From: Vermamoeba vermiformis | Taxonomy: Eukaryota | Direction of reading: 5' to 3' | DNA length: 64,000 nucleotides | Assembly (NCBI GenBank): GCA_045837725.1 | Contig: JBEWZL010000304.1 | Location: forward strand, 124,001 to 188,000 | Shown: positions 1 through 11,639 of the stretch, piece after piece | Numbering within the stretch: the first letter of the stretch is position 1 | How the letters are laid out: each line of letters opens with the position of its first letter | The notes under the pieces: generated by a model | Told to the model about the DNA's origin: nothing | The model's input: the letters and a program-made list of their open reading frames with translations, nothing else | The model's database searches: none | Position numbers and translations under genes: made by a program

Positions 1-128
1 GATTGGTCACTTGGACTTGGTCGTTTCGTTAAAATACACGAACGATTGTTATTTAAAAGGCGGGCACAAACCTTTTGGTGATTTAGTCACCGTTTTGTAC
101 AAAACACAACCGTTCATAACATTAAATT

Positions 129-3100
129 ATGAGCACGAAGAGAAAATCCAGGGATGGTGGTGCTGAAGATCGCCCGCAGAAGAGAAGAAAAGTAGATCCA
201 GGTAAAAAATAAATTAATACCGCGAAAAAATCGCAAAAATCAAATTAACGCTATATTTAGATGAATTAAATTCAGGAGAAAATCATGCACTACATGATTA
301 TTTTAGCAGCTTGCCAAGAGAGATTTTTACTCACATCCTGTCTTTTGCTGATGATCCTATAGCCACGCAAATATTATCTATGACTTGCAAAATATTCAAC
401 GATTATATAGATCAATCAGCGAATGAAAATCGTTTGTGGCACTCGATCTACCTAAAATCCAAATTCCACGTCACCTGCGCTACTGTTAAGAACAATTCGT
501 TATTAACGTGTAAGTAACCATACCAATACATGCAACATATTGATATAAGAGCGTCAGTGGAGGATGTTCAATTTTGGGAAAACATGAACAAACTGGATGG
601 TGCCGACTTGACGCTGGATTCGATAAGGGCGCAACAAGAACTTTACAATTCGCCCACTACGTACATACAATCGGAGAGAGAATGTGAAGAGGTAATTTTG
701 TGCCGGGACAAGTGCAAATACGAACAATTATTTTTTGCTAGGCCATAAATTTCTTTTAACAAAAATACGCTAATCTGACTCGGAGGGAGCTTGTCGAATT
801 TTTAGTTTATTACATGTTCTTTTAATATTAACCACTTGGTCAGTTAGCGGGTTACAGCCCTGAATGGTACTGGCCGAGGCCTCTAGAACTTTCAAAAGAG
901 AATTACGATCCGAGCGTGAATTACAGAGAGTTAGCGATCGATTGTTGGTGGAAAAAATTGCAATTTGAGTTGTTTTTGAAGTTGGACGGCACTCAACAAT
1001 CACGGTTAAAACGACAACAAAATCCAGAATCGGAGAACGAAGAAGAAAATAGCGATGACGATGACGATGTATCTACAGAAGAAAATAATAATAATTCCTC
1101 CGTAGAATCGCAAGAGGAATCGAGCGAAAATTCCGATAATGAAAATCGGATCTCGTCGGTTTCGGAGGAAGCAAAAGACGAAGAAGATGATGAAAGTGTT
1201 GATATGGAGCCTCAGTATTTGGAGCACGATGCTACATTAGCTTTTCTCAGGTAATTAATTGAAGTAGACAGACCAAGATCTTGAAATTTAAATGACGACC
1301 TTGTAGAGCGGAAAATAATGATTCGCTTGGTCTAACGTGATATTTTTAGAGAAATATCGGGCTCGGACCAATTTGGCCTCTTTTTACAAATCTTGAGCGG
1401 AGCTGCCGCTGGTCACATGCCTGCTCTCGATTACGAAGTCCCTAAACATAGCGTAAGCCCACTTATATTACATGGTATTATTCTGAGGTCTAACTTACGA
1501 TTTGATAAAGAAATTGAATTGCTCATGTTCATCAAGTCTATCAAAGAGCGCATCCGAGGCTGAACAATTTTTTGAACTTGTCAAACAAGCTTTTAATCTC
1601 GATTCGATCGTCTGCATGCAACACATCATATGTGCCTTATATATGATAGGCATTATCGATGTATTATATCTGCATGAACTCGTTTCGCAGAATTTTCCTT
1701 ATTTGGCAACTATTTATTCAGGTAAGTAATTGCCACAACTCCCTCAACTATTGCTAGCAAGATACTAATATTGATCTAGTATATAATATTGAGCAACACT
1801 TCCTGCAATTAACCGTTGCAGAAAGCTCTTTTTTCTTTCTGTTCAACGCTGATCTGGATGCAAACGGCCCAAAATTGCCAGATTGGCTTGCTCGTAAGTG
1901 AAATTAAACGTTTAATTATATCATAATAACCTATAAATCCAGTCAACCAATCGATGTTTAAATTGATGCGCCGAGCTGGAATGGCTTTTGCCTCGCCAAA
2001 TGCTACAGGTACTCATAATTAACTCACTAATAAAGCCTAATACTAATAACTTTAATATAGGATATGCTATTGAGACGCTTCGTGATTATATTAAAACCGT
2101 TATTAGTACGATCATCGAAAATAAGAAGCAAGATCCGACAGCGAAAAATACTAACGGCATTGACGTTGATTCGAGTGACATTCAAAAAGCATTGATATCC
2201 ATGACTATAGACAACGGATATGATTCCCATAATATACTCTATCGCGAGCACGAGTGGCTGAACGAGAACGAATTGATGATGTATTCGGACAGCGAGTGCG
2301 AGACTTATGAAAGTAGTTATGAAGACAGCAGTGTTGAAGACGAAGATTTGAGCGAATATTCGCCACAAGAGCCTGAAAAGAAGAAAAATATGTTCGCTGA
2401 TGAAAGTCTTGACGATGAAGATATTTGTGGCTTGCTCAACAATTTTATCGATGAAAGTGAGGAGTATACGCCCTTGAATGAATTGCTGAAGGTAAAAACA
2501 TTGGCTAAATAAGGTAATTTATAGTACTAATTTTTTATCCTAATTTAGCAACAAATTCCGGGCCTTGCGAAAATCGACGACGATAGTCAATTATTCATTA
2601 ACACCGCGATAAGGCACGCACAAATTGACGAAATAAAAAAAGAAGAAACTATTGTTAATCCACGCAGCAATGAGTGGCAAAGCGTAGCCGATGAAAAGGA
2701 ACATGAATTGGATGCCAGGTACGCCATCACCACCAAATTACAGCGAAAACTTTTTCCGCGAAATTTCATCAATTTTTTGTATCCGAGACGAATGCATTTT
2801 AGAAATAGCCTTACTAGCAGTAACTAATAGATATGTATTGCTTCAGGATTGAACAATTTGAGCCAACGTATCAGACTAATTTGCAAGCACTCGAAGGAGA
2901 TGAATTGGCCGCAACTTGGATGAACGTTTGTTTGACCGAAGAAGCGTATTACTATCACGGCACAACTAAGCTTGATTCGGAAACAATTGACAAATTCATC
3001 GCAAAGTATGGCGAAGATATTCCGATCAATGAATTGTCCGAAGAGAAGCAAGCTCAAGTATTAGAAATTAGGCGTAAGCTTCCAAGAAAATTTAATTATT

Positions 3101-3996
3101 TTTATTACAATAATTGAACTTATTTTTCTAAAGGCGAAACCAACAAACTGTTAAAAGAACAGTTTTTAACGGAGAAGACTGAATTTGAAACAAGACGAGT
3201 AAGATTTACTAATATTTTTTATTGCACCTTCGATGAGGCCGAAATGCTAACAATTTGGTTTCAGTGGCAACGGTTGCATGAAAATTACGACAAATATTGC
3301 AAAGAAATTAGCCAAGAAGACTTGACGACTTGCAAATCATTGGAGATTAATTTAACGGTCGATAACGAGTTGATCAAAAGTATTATCGAACGCGCCATTA
3401 AAATTATTCGTAAGTAATTTAGAAAAGTAAATCAGAATTATTTTTTTAAATATTAATAATATTAATAATATTTATTATTAGCTCAATGCACCAGTTTGAA
3501 AACCGTCAAAATCAGGAGCCAGTGGACCGAAGAAGAATTCAATTATAAAAATGAATTGACCAAATTATTCAATCAGTTATCAAAGTGTCGAACTTTAGAG
3601 GCCTTAATAGTGACCGACGATCAATTGCCTGAAGATTTGCTCGTCAAATTCTTAACGAAGAAAAAATTGAAGAGATTTCATTACTCCGGCCGAGAACAAC
3701 TCAACGAAGCTAAAGATTTATTGAAGGCAATACTGCAGCACCAATCTGACTCGCTGAAAGATTTTTATATCACCCATATCGATGCTGATAATTTGAAGGC
3801 ATACGCAGCGTTGCTGAAAAACGTTCAAGTCTTAAGAACTGCAAGTGTCAAAACTGACGAGGAAACAATCAATTTACTCAAAGAAAAGTGCCCGTCATTG
3901 CAACGAGTGCAAATTTGCAACATTGACAGATGGCGAACTAACGTGCAGCAACAACTAAAAGAACTGAATGAGAAAGTATTTGGTGACGAGCACTAG
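129..3996 (+). CDS. Multi-exon F-box protein with N-terminal basic NLS-like motif, acidic tracts and C-terminal LRR-like region
   Basis: ATG at 129 gives MSTKRKSRDGGAEDRPQKRRKVDP. After an intron ending near 260 comes the F-box-like LPREIFTHILSF...LSMTCKIFN. D/E-rich segments lie at ~1030-1210 and ~2280-2460, and the last exon ends ...VFGDEH* at 3996. Joining all exons into one gene is inferred from GT-AG sites. Confidence 0.65.
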
Positions 3997-4382
3997 TGAA
4001 GAGTGACGTACGGTTGCTTTAAATGTGACAACTATTATCTATTAGCAAGAATTAATAAATACCGGTATCCATCGTTTCAAAATCTAACCGTTTCACCTTC
4101 AGAAATAGAAAAATAGAAATATTTCCTAATTTGGTGGTAGATGTGGCACGTACTTTGTTATGTTGTATCTCAAGAAAAAATTACTCATATCCTTTTTTAA
4201 TAAAAAGCAAAAATCGAATATTTTTAGCTCAAGCGCACCAAAGTTTTTTTGAAACTTTCAAAATTGACACGTGTCAATTACTCACCGGCTAATGTCGAGG
4301 AATTAAGACTTGTACTGCTGCGGACGTGCATGCAACATGAAATGGTAGTCATAGGAGGGAGTTTTTAACATTGCTGTAATTT

Positions 4383-7300
4383 TTATTGCTTGGGCTTTCG
4401 TACAAATCGCAGTAAAATGTAGGCGAGAATATTCAACACGACGAACATGCCAGCCAAAATACCCACATTGCGCCAATAATTGTCCGCATTCAAACTGAAC
4501 GCCACCAAAAACACATTCGCACCTAAAAATACAACACTATTAGCACCGTTATATTAATATGTTTGTTATAGTCTTACTTATATCAACGGATCCGTAGCCT
4601 TGCACGCTCAGTGATAAATTCAGTCCGGTCAATTCATTTGCAGCGATTGATTCGAATGCGTAGCTGAAGAACGACAGATAACGCAGCCAAATGAGCCAAA
4701 TAGGAATACTATCGTTGTTGACTAAGAGGCCACTGAATAGCATCAGGAACAATAAAATCGCTGCACTGACGATGCTTCCAACTGTCAAAAAAAAAAACCG
4801 TCAGATCTCGCTTGATCCAAAAATTTTTTCTCATTAAGGCATTATTTAAGAATATTAATATTATTCTATGTTATTGTTATTGTTATTAATAGTATTATTT
4901 ATGTTTCCTAATAAGGAAAGTGTGAGTAAGATATTTTTTTAAAATTACCTGTGACAGAAGGCACGCCAATGCTAATGACGTAGAACATGGAGGCCACGAC
5001 CATGTTGAACAACAAAAACACGAAAATGAACTTCAAAAAGTGCTCGGGGTCACCAACGAATCCAGCCATCCAATAGACTACCACGCCGTAAATCAACGGG
5101 AAAATGATTCGTAGCGGCAGCAGATCCGATAACATCGTCGACAAATAATACGAGGACGTATAATAACATCCATTCGCGCGTTCTTTTTTGAACATGACGC
5201 GATCGCCAATGACTAAAAAAGGAAATATTATTAATATCAATTCCGAACGTGTCAAAAGTGTCAAAAAATGTTAATTGAGCACGTGAAAAAGCCCAAAAAA
5301 TTCGTAAGTGTCAAAGTGTCAAAAGTGTCAAATTTTGGATCCGGACTTACACAAATCAATGGCACTCAAGCAACCAAATCCGAACAAAATCAATGAAAAG
5401 AAAATCATTCCTAGTCTGTTTTGGAATCCTGCCACGTCATTGGCGAGATTGAGGAAAATAACTCCGATGAACACTGCTACAACCACCGTACTATATTAAT
5501 ATGATTACTATTAGACCTCATATATTCAACATTACTTAGTAGTAGCTAATACGTACATAATTAAGTGCGTTCTTAATAACGCTGGATTACGCCACATTTT
5601 AACTGCCTAATTAGGAAAATTGATTGTTAGAATACGAAAAGCGTTCATAATTTACATTGATATTAATTTTGGTACTTACATTACGATGAGCCAATACTAG
5701 GAATTGTTTGTCCCAAGACGATGAATATCTCGCTTCTTTAGCACTAGCTTTTTCTGCAAGAAAGAACGAGGTCAGATCCGGAAAGTAAAAATATTTCCAA
5801 AAAAGGAAAAATTAATTAATTCTTCGTACCTTGCGGTTCATCGTTTTGCTTTGGGAACTTATCCATGCTGACTAACACCTCTTTATCGTCATCATTATTA
5901 TGTTTTTCACCGTCAATTTCATCCACGTTAGCAATGCTCGACGCTAATTTTTCAACAGGCTGCAAACGCAATTCTTCATAGGCACTGGTCAATTTTTGCA
6001 ATTGTTCTTCGCTCTCTTCATTGACAACTGACACTATGAACACAAAATACGAGTCAGTAACAGAACTTCAACAAATGACACGTGTCAAAGTGTCATCTAC
6101 GGCGTTTTTCACAACGTTGTGAAAAATGTCAAGTGAAGGTCTACGTTTGACACGTGTCAAATCAAATACTGTCATTTAGTCGACTTTTTGCGAGCAGGTC
6201 AAAGAATGACATCCAAACTTGACACGTGTCATTTCGAATCCTCACGTGTCATAAATTTTTCACGGGTCAACTGGCTCGTAGTGTCATATCAATTAAAATA
6301 CTTACGCATATAGTCCGCAGGGTTCTCGTATTCCGGACACTTGAATCCTTGCTCGGCGAAGAAATTCATGGCCTCTTGCGCAGGTCCGTGATACACCACA
6401 TTGCCGTTCCACAACAACACGAGCACATCGAACATTTGATAGATCATGCGTCGCGGCTGATGAATGCTGCAAATAATGCTGCAGTTGCGCTTTTTGGCCA
6501 AATCTTGCAACAATTGCATCACTACTGTCGCGTTGTAGCTGTCAAGACCTGAGGTGGGCTCGTCCAACAACAAAATGCGCGGGTAAGTCACTAGTTCCGT
6601 CGCAATAGACACTCTGCACCGCGGAACAATTAGCGAAATTTCGTTGCATGTGATCGACGTGACGTACCTGCGTCGTTCACCACCAGACAATCCGCGGACG
6701 GAGGTATCTCCGATAAGCGTGTGGGCCACGTGGCTCAAGCGAAGATCGGCAATGACATTGCTTACCTAATAAGGAAAGTTAGTACTAGGTACGCCAAAGA
6801 AAATGATTCGACGTACTATTTGTTCTATTTGCGAGTACGGCACGGAGCTGGGCAATCTCAATTGTGCGGAATAAATCAATTGTTCCGTGACTGTTAATGT
6901 TCCGAGCAAACATTCTTCTTGCGTAACATAACTGTACAAACAAATATTAATAACGAATTTTTTTCAGTGAATCATTTACACGAACAAGATTTCTAAATTG
7001 ATCGAATGTAATTACCCTGTAATTCTTTTGAAGTGTTTCGGCAACGGTTTTCCATCCAACAAAACATCGCCCAAGACATCGCCGCGCTTGCCAACGTCAC
7101 TCATAATGTCCAACAATGTCGTTTTGCCAGCACCAGACGAGCCCATGACAGCGCAGACTTGACCGGGCATGATCTTCATATTCACATTTCTCAGCACTGT
7201 TTTCTTTTGCACGTCTTTCTGGCACGAATTGCCAGATCTGATCGTCACTTTGTACTCGACATTGATCAGTTCGAGCGTTGAGCCCTTTGTTGCTGCACTG

Positions 7301-9581
7301 ATCGCTGTGTTTGCCGGCCTGCAAATTAAATTAGATCGAAATATTCGTGGAAAACATAACACGCATAGAAAAATCTGTATTATTGATATCGCCGTAGAAA
7401 TTTCAGAATTTAACACCTCAAAATTTATCGAGATTAGTACCAATATATTATGTGAAAGGTAAATAGTCCTATTATCAATGTTATAATATTATTGGACTTT
7501 TCAAAATTTCATTTTTTAAATATTTCGACGACGTCAGTCTGAGCAGTACGATGCCCATTCGAGTATATCAAATAATAATAGATGAATTATGACGTACCTG
7601 TCTCGTTTCATATCAGCAACATATATAATAAACGGTAGTATTAATAGCACCGCTATGCCAATCGGTAAAACTAGCGCACCCAAAACGATGCCGGTAACCT
7701 AAATGCAAATTACAATTAGCAAATATTCCGTTTAATATTAATAATATACTATTTGACAATAGTACTACTAATTATTATAAATACCTTATCAGTTTCAGTC
7801 GCTACTAAGCCCGTTGGTTTTCCGCACTCGGATGCAGAACAACTTAAACTGACTTGCACGGGAATATCGACCTCTATAATAGTAATATTAAGAAAATATT
7901 TCCTTTTTAGGAAAGTTGAATCTATATTTGGCTTACGATCGAGGGTACAAACTGGATTTTCTTTGTTCTCGCAAGAAAATTTAGAATAGCCTCGAAGATT
8001 ATCCAAGATAAATTGCGCTATTAACAAGAATTAGCTATCATAATTTCTAAATATAGTAATCATCTGTTATAACGACTTACAAATCGTTTCTGAACAGTTG
8101 ACCAAAAGCGGATCCGGATTGCACGTGCAAGCAATGGAATTGCATTCAAATACGACGTTGTTGTTTCCATCGTCTGAAACTTTACAGTCGTACATAGTGC
8201 AGTTAATTTTATAAGGCTGGCCTGCTGTTCTCTTCCACACTACATCGATTTAAAAATTATGATCCGGATGTAGGCAACTTAAATTTGTATAGAAATGGCG
8301 TATTCGAATTCATAACATCATATTTAAATATGTACGTGAGAAATTAACCTACGATAAATCTGGGACTGCGCTGCTTCTACGTCGTAAATGTACGAGATCG
8401 TGCCTTCGCCGAACAACTGCTTTACGATATCCTCTATTTAACGACGAGTAATATTAACTTGATTGCTATAGTACTATAATATATATGATTTAGGAACGTA
8501 CGTTGCGGATAACATTCGAGTATTTTTCGTTTGTACGGAGAAGGCGTTCGATTGCACTCAATCAAAGTGTTGTTTTGAGTGCATGCGTCGTTAGTTGTGC
8601 ACACTGTATTACCAAATTAGGAAATTTGGAAACGTAGGTTGAGCGTTAGCGAAAGAAATTAAATTCAGAGGGATATCTCATGAGCGTTTTTTAACTTAGC
8701 CCAGTTTTCGTTGTGAACTATTTTCCTTATATAGTAGTGCCTCCCTACGTTGCGCAGCATGCCGCCCCCGATCCAGGACTCGTCCAACCTTCGGGCTAGA
8801 CAAGTTCGAGATCAACCTAGTGCCTCTCAGTCGTCTCTTAGGGTTGTTTGGACGGGGGTGCAGTGCACGAGGGTCACTGCTATATAAGGAAGGAATTTCA
8901 TTGAAAATTGAAGTGAGCTAAGTTATCTAACGTGTTTAAGTTATCCCTCTCAGAATTTTGACTTTGGATCTCGTGTAAAGATTAAAATTATATTAAATCA
9001 ATTTAAATTCGCTTACTTCCGCACGTTTGTCCGGTCCAACCATCAGCACAATCACAATGAATCGACCATATTGAACTATTTACACCTGTATCGATATTCG
9101 TCACATCCAACGTTGAACAGCCCAGTGTCGAATTATTTTCGCACTAATAAGTAAAATTAATACTAAAATTAATATAAAATTATTATGTAATCAATTTACA
9201 ATGTACAAGGGATCCAACGGCTCCCAAGTGCCACCCAATCCTGTTGGGCAGTCGAATCCGATGGTATTCGGGTACGCATTGTCGCAAACTTGACGGCAGC
9301 CTATTATAAACGGTATAAATATTGTTGTTAGAATATTTTTAACCGACCTTGAGCGTATCCACTGCTGAAATAACAAAATAAAATTATTGCGCAAATAGAT
9401 GCGCTTCGAAATACAACGTGCATCATTAATAATATGCACTTATAGGTGCCTTATGTACATCATATAATGAAAGTAAACAAAATAATCTAAAACGCGCTAT
9501 TTTTAAATTTTGTCAGCTCACACGATTAACACAAACACATACCGCGGCTTTAATTATATTACGCAGTAGTATTGCGTCCAT
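4383..9581 (-). CDS. ABCG (White/ADP1-like) half-transporter with N-terminal Cys-rich/EGF-like extracellular region
   Basis: Walker A GSSGAGKT, signature LSGGERRRV, Walker B ILLLDEPTSGLD, SIHQP and NPAD motifs, then an ABC2 membrane domain (FKKERANG, WLRYLSFFSYAFE). Upstream exons are Cys-rich (CDCADGWTGQTC) and followed by a TM helix. Stop at 4383; the start near 9581 is uncertain. Confidence 0.9.
5247..5332. repeat. Intronic tandem (A)AAGTGTCA half-site array
   Basis: ACGTGTCAAAAGTGTCAAAA at 5247 and AGTGTCAAAGTGTCAAAAGTGTCAAA at 5307, in the intron at ~5213-5350. Confidence 0.75.
6076..6251. repeat. Intronic cluster of TGACACGTGTCA palindromes
   Basis: Exact copies at 6076, 6148 and 6220, a partial copy at 6242 and several TGTCA half-sites, all within one intron (~6031-6305). 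Confidence 0.85.
8661..8958 (+). ncRNA. Candidate structured RNA (long imperfect fold-back with branched apex) inside an ABC-transporter intron, antisense to the host gene
   Basis: Nested complementary blocks: 8661-8675/8942-8958, 8692-8700/8917-8925, 8702-8710/8902-8910, 8721-8739/8875-8893 and 8764-8778/8847-8859. Non-Watson-Crick positions within these blocks are mostly G-U on the + strand. There is a C(UUCG)G loop at 8789-8794. Identity unknown. Confidence 0.55.
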
Positions 9582-10364
9582 AATATTTCCGTAAATATAA
9601 TCACGCCAGTTCACGTGGCTTTACACGGTTCTGGATGCTCATACACATCTGATTAAACCGTCTAGACTTGCTTGCTTTTAAATCAAAAGGTACTAATATT
9701 GTTCAAATATTATATTACTTTATAGGTTTATATGGACGCTCATTATAGTCATCGGCTAAGTTGCCGAACCGTTCAAAATTTAATAACCGTTTGAAAATTG
9801 ACCTAATTTTAAGTTGGTCTTCAATATCATGGATAGCATCGCGCATGTAATATTTAAAATTAATAGCGTGCAATAGACGAGATTTCGGAGTAGGCGCGGT
9901 ATCAATTGCGCTTTGTGTTCTTGTTTCACTGTGTGGAGTCCGTCGCAGAGGTACGAAGCGACCCATGCATGAATTATAGCGTAATTATGCCAGATAGGTG
10001 CAAGGAAGCATTTTAAATGGATTGGCGGAAAAACGGCGAGATGCTGCAGATCGTTACAACTAAATCTGAACTCGCGCTATTGAGGGATACTTGTAAAGGC
10101 GGGTCATCGGACTAAAATAATAAGTTGCTTTATTGCCTTACAAAACGCCGATTGAGTTCATCGAAACCGTGGTATACTTAATTCGATCTGATTAGTTGAC
10201 GCAATTCTACAATTCTATATATTCCAATCATTTTTTAAGGTATGATATGAATCACATTAATATCTCCACCAAGATTGGAGGCATTTTTGGTTTTGTCGCT
10301 TATTTGCCTACTTCCATTTTTTTGATCTGTTAGGAAACAACACAAATCAACTAAAATATACGAA

Positions 10365-11415
10365 ATGATGAAAGTATTGTTGTTAGTGCTTGCCTTGACG
10401 GCCGTTGTTATGAGCCAAACCTTCCCTGACATTAGTGGTAAATGGGTTAGCGATAACTGCGAGCAAGTTACTCCTGGAAGTACGTAAATTATTATTTCTG
10501 TATTTTTTAGCGCACCTTTATTTATACTAATTTTTATTATTTTAGTCCCTTTCTACTACTTCAGAACCTACGAGATCGAGGCTAACGGTCACTGGATGGT
10601 TACTGCCAAGCTCTACGGCGGCGCCAACTGTACCGAGGATAAATTGAATGCCGAATTTTTCTCTGAGGGAACTTGTAAGCCTGAATATTTTATAATTGAA
10701 TTTACCCCGTTTCATTACTAAATCCGATCGGTAGACCAATTTACCGCGGAAAGCAACGCTACTGCTTGCTACGGCTCTGGTGCGAAGGTTTACGATATTC
10801 AGTTCTGGTCCAACACCACTAAGACCCTCACTCCCGTAAGTAAATCCGATCGCGCGCTATCTGTAACTAACGTTTGAACAGAGAACTAGTGCCTTTGCCG
10901 GAACTGCTTCCTCTTTTTGCAAGAGTAATTTTACCGTCAACGTTACTTCTGATATTAGCACCTTGGTACGTTTCTTAAGCCGTTAACTTATGAGGTCATA
11001 CTTAATCTGCTGCGTAGGACTGCGCTACTTTCCAAATCTACTCTCCTTGCCCTGAGGGTGAGTATGATATCATTACCGTTTTGGACAGCCCTACCAGGTA
11101 AGTTTTAGCTCTATTTTAAGTGCAATCGAACCCGTGCCTAAATCCGGATTTACCCCGCTCAGATTTTACAACGGCAAGCGCAGTTCCTCCAACCAATGCC
11201 AAGAGGTCAACAGACCCAAGACCCTCTCCCCTAATGCTGCCGTTAAGGACGGTACGGGCGTTTCTAGCTCGCCTCTGGTGTGCTCTTTGACCGCTCCGAC
11301 CCCAGTCGCTGCGCCACAAGCCAGCACTACTCCTACTGCTGCCACTCCTAAGGCCAGCAATGCCGTCATCACCTCCGCGTCGATGCTCTTGTTCGCTGCT
11401 TTCTTGTTCTTCTAA
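10365..11415 (+). CDS. Secreted, probably GPI-anchored APCDD1-like domain protein
   Basis: Signal peptide MMKVLLLVLALTAVVMS. Spliced translation contains GKWVSDNCE...YGGANC...EYDII...FYNGKR...NRPKTL, resembling the APCDD1 repeat. A Pro/Thr/Ala stalk is followed by the hydrophobic tail SNAVITSASMLLFAAFLFF*. Confidence 0.7.
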
Positions 11416-11639
11416 GCTTTCTTGCGGCGCTATCAGAAATAAACGCATCCACACGGAACGTTCGCATCGCTTCTTGATTGAACCTATCATTGCTATACTT
11501 ACAGCATACGTTAATCAATGTACTGGCAGATAATTAATTAGCTATGACCAACCACTTCCGATAGATTTTAGGAGCATTTTCTATTTTTGATTGTTTAGAA
11601 CAGCACGTGCGAGAAAAAATCCATCATAATTAATTAATT

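Noticed and set aside
8838-8845. TTAGGGTT (AACCCUAA on the minus strand) in the intronic fold-back as a telomerase RNA template
   Set aside because: It is only 8 nt and lies in a paired stem. The structure favours the opposite strand, no pseudoknot is evident, and TEP1 lying 40 kb away is not evidence.
8661-8958. SRP RNA, hammerhead or HDV ribozyme identity for the fold-back
   Set aside because: Size and shape recall SRP RNA, but the GNRA helix-8 and SRP54-binding motifs are absent. No complete CUGANGA/GAAA core or HDV nested pseudoknot could be built on either strand.
9715-9966. 83-aa minus-strand ORF upstream of the ABC gene
   Set aside because: No motif, paralog or splice support; cannot be distinguished from a chance ORF.
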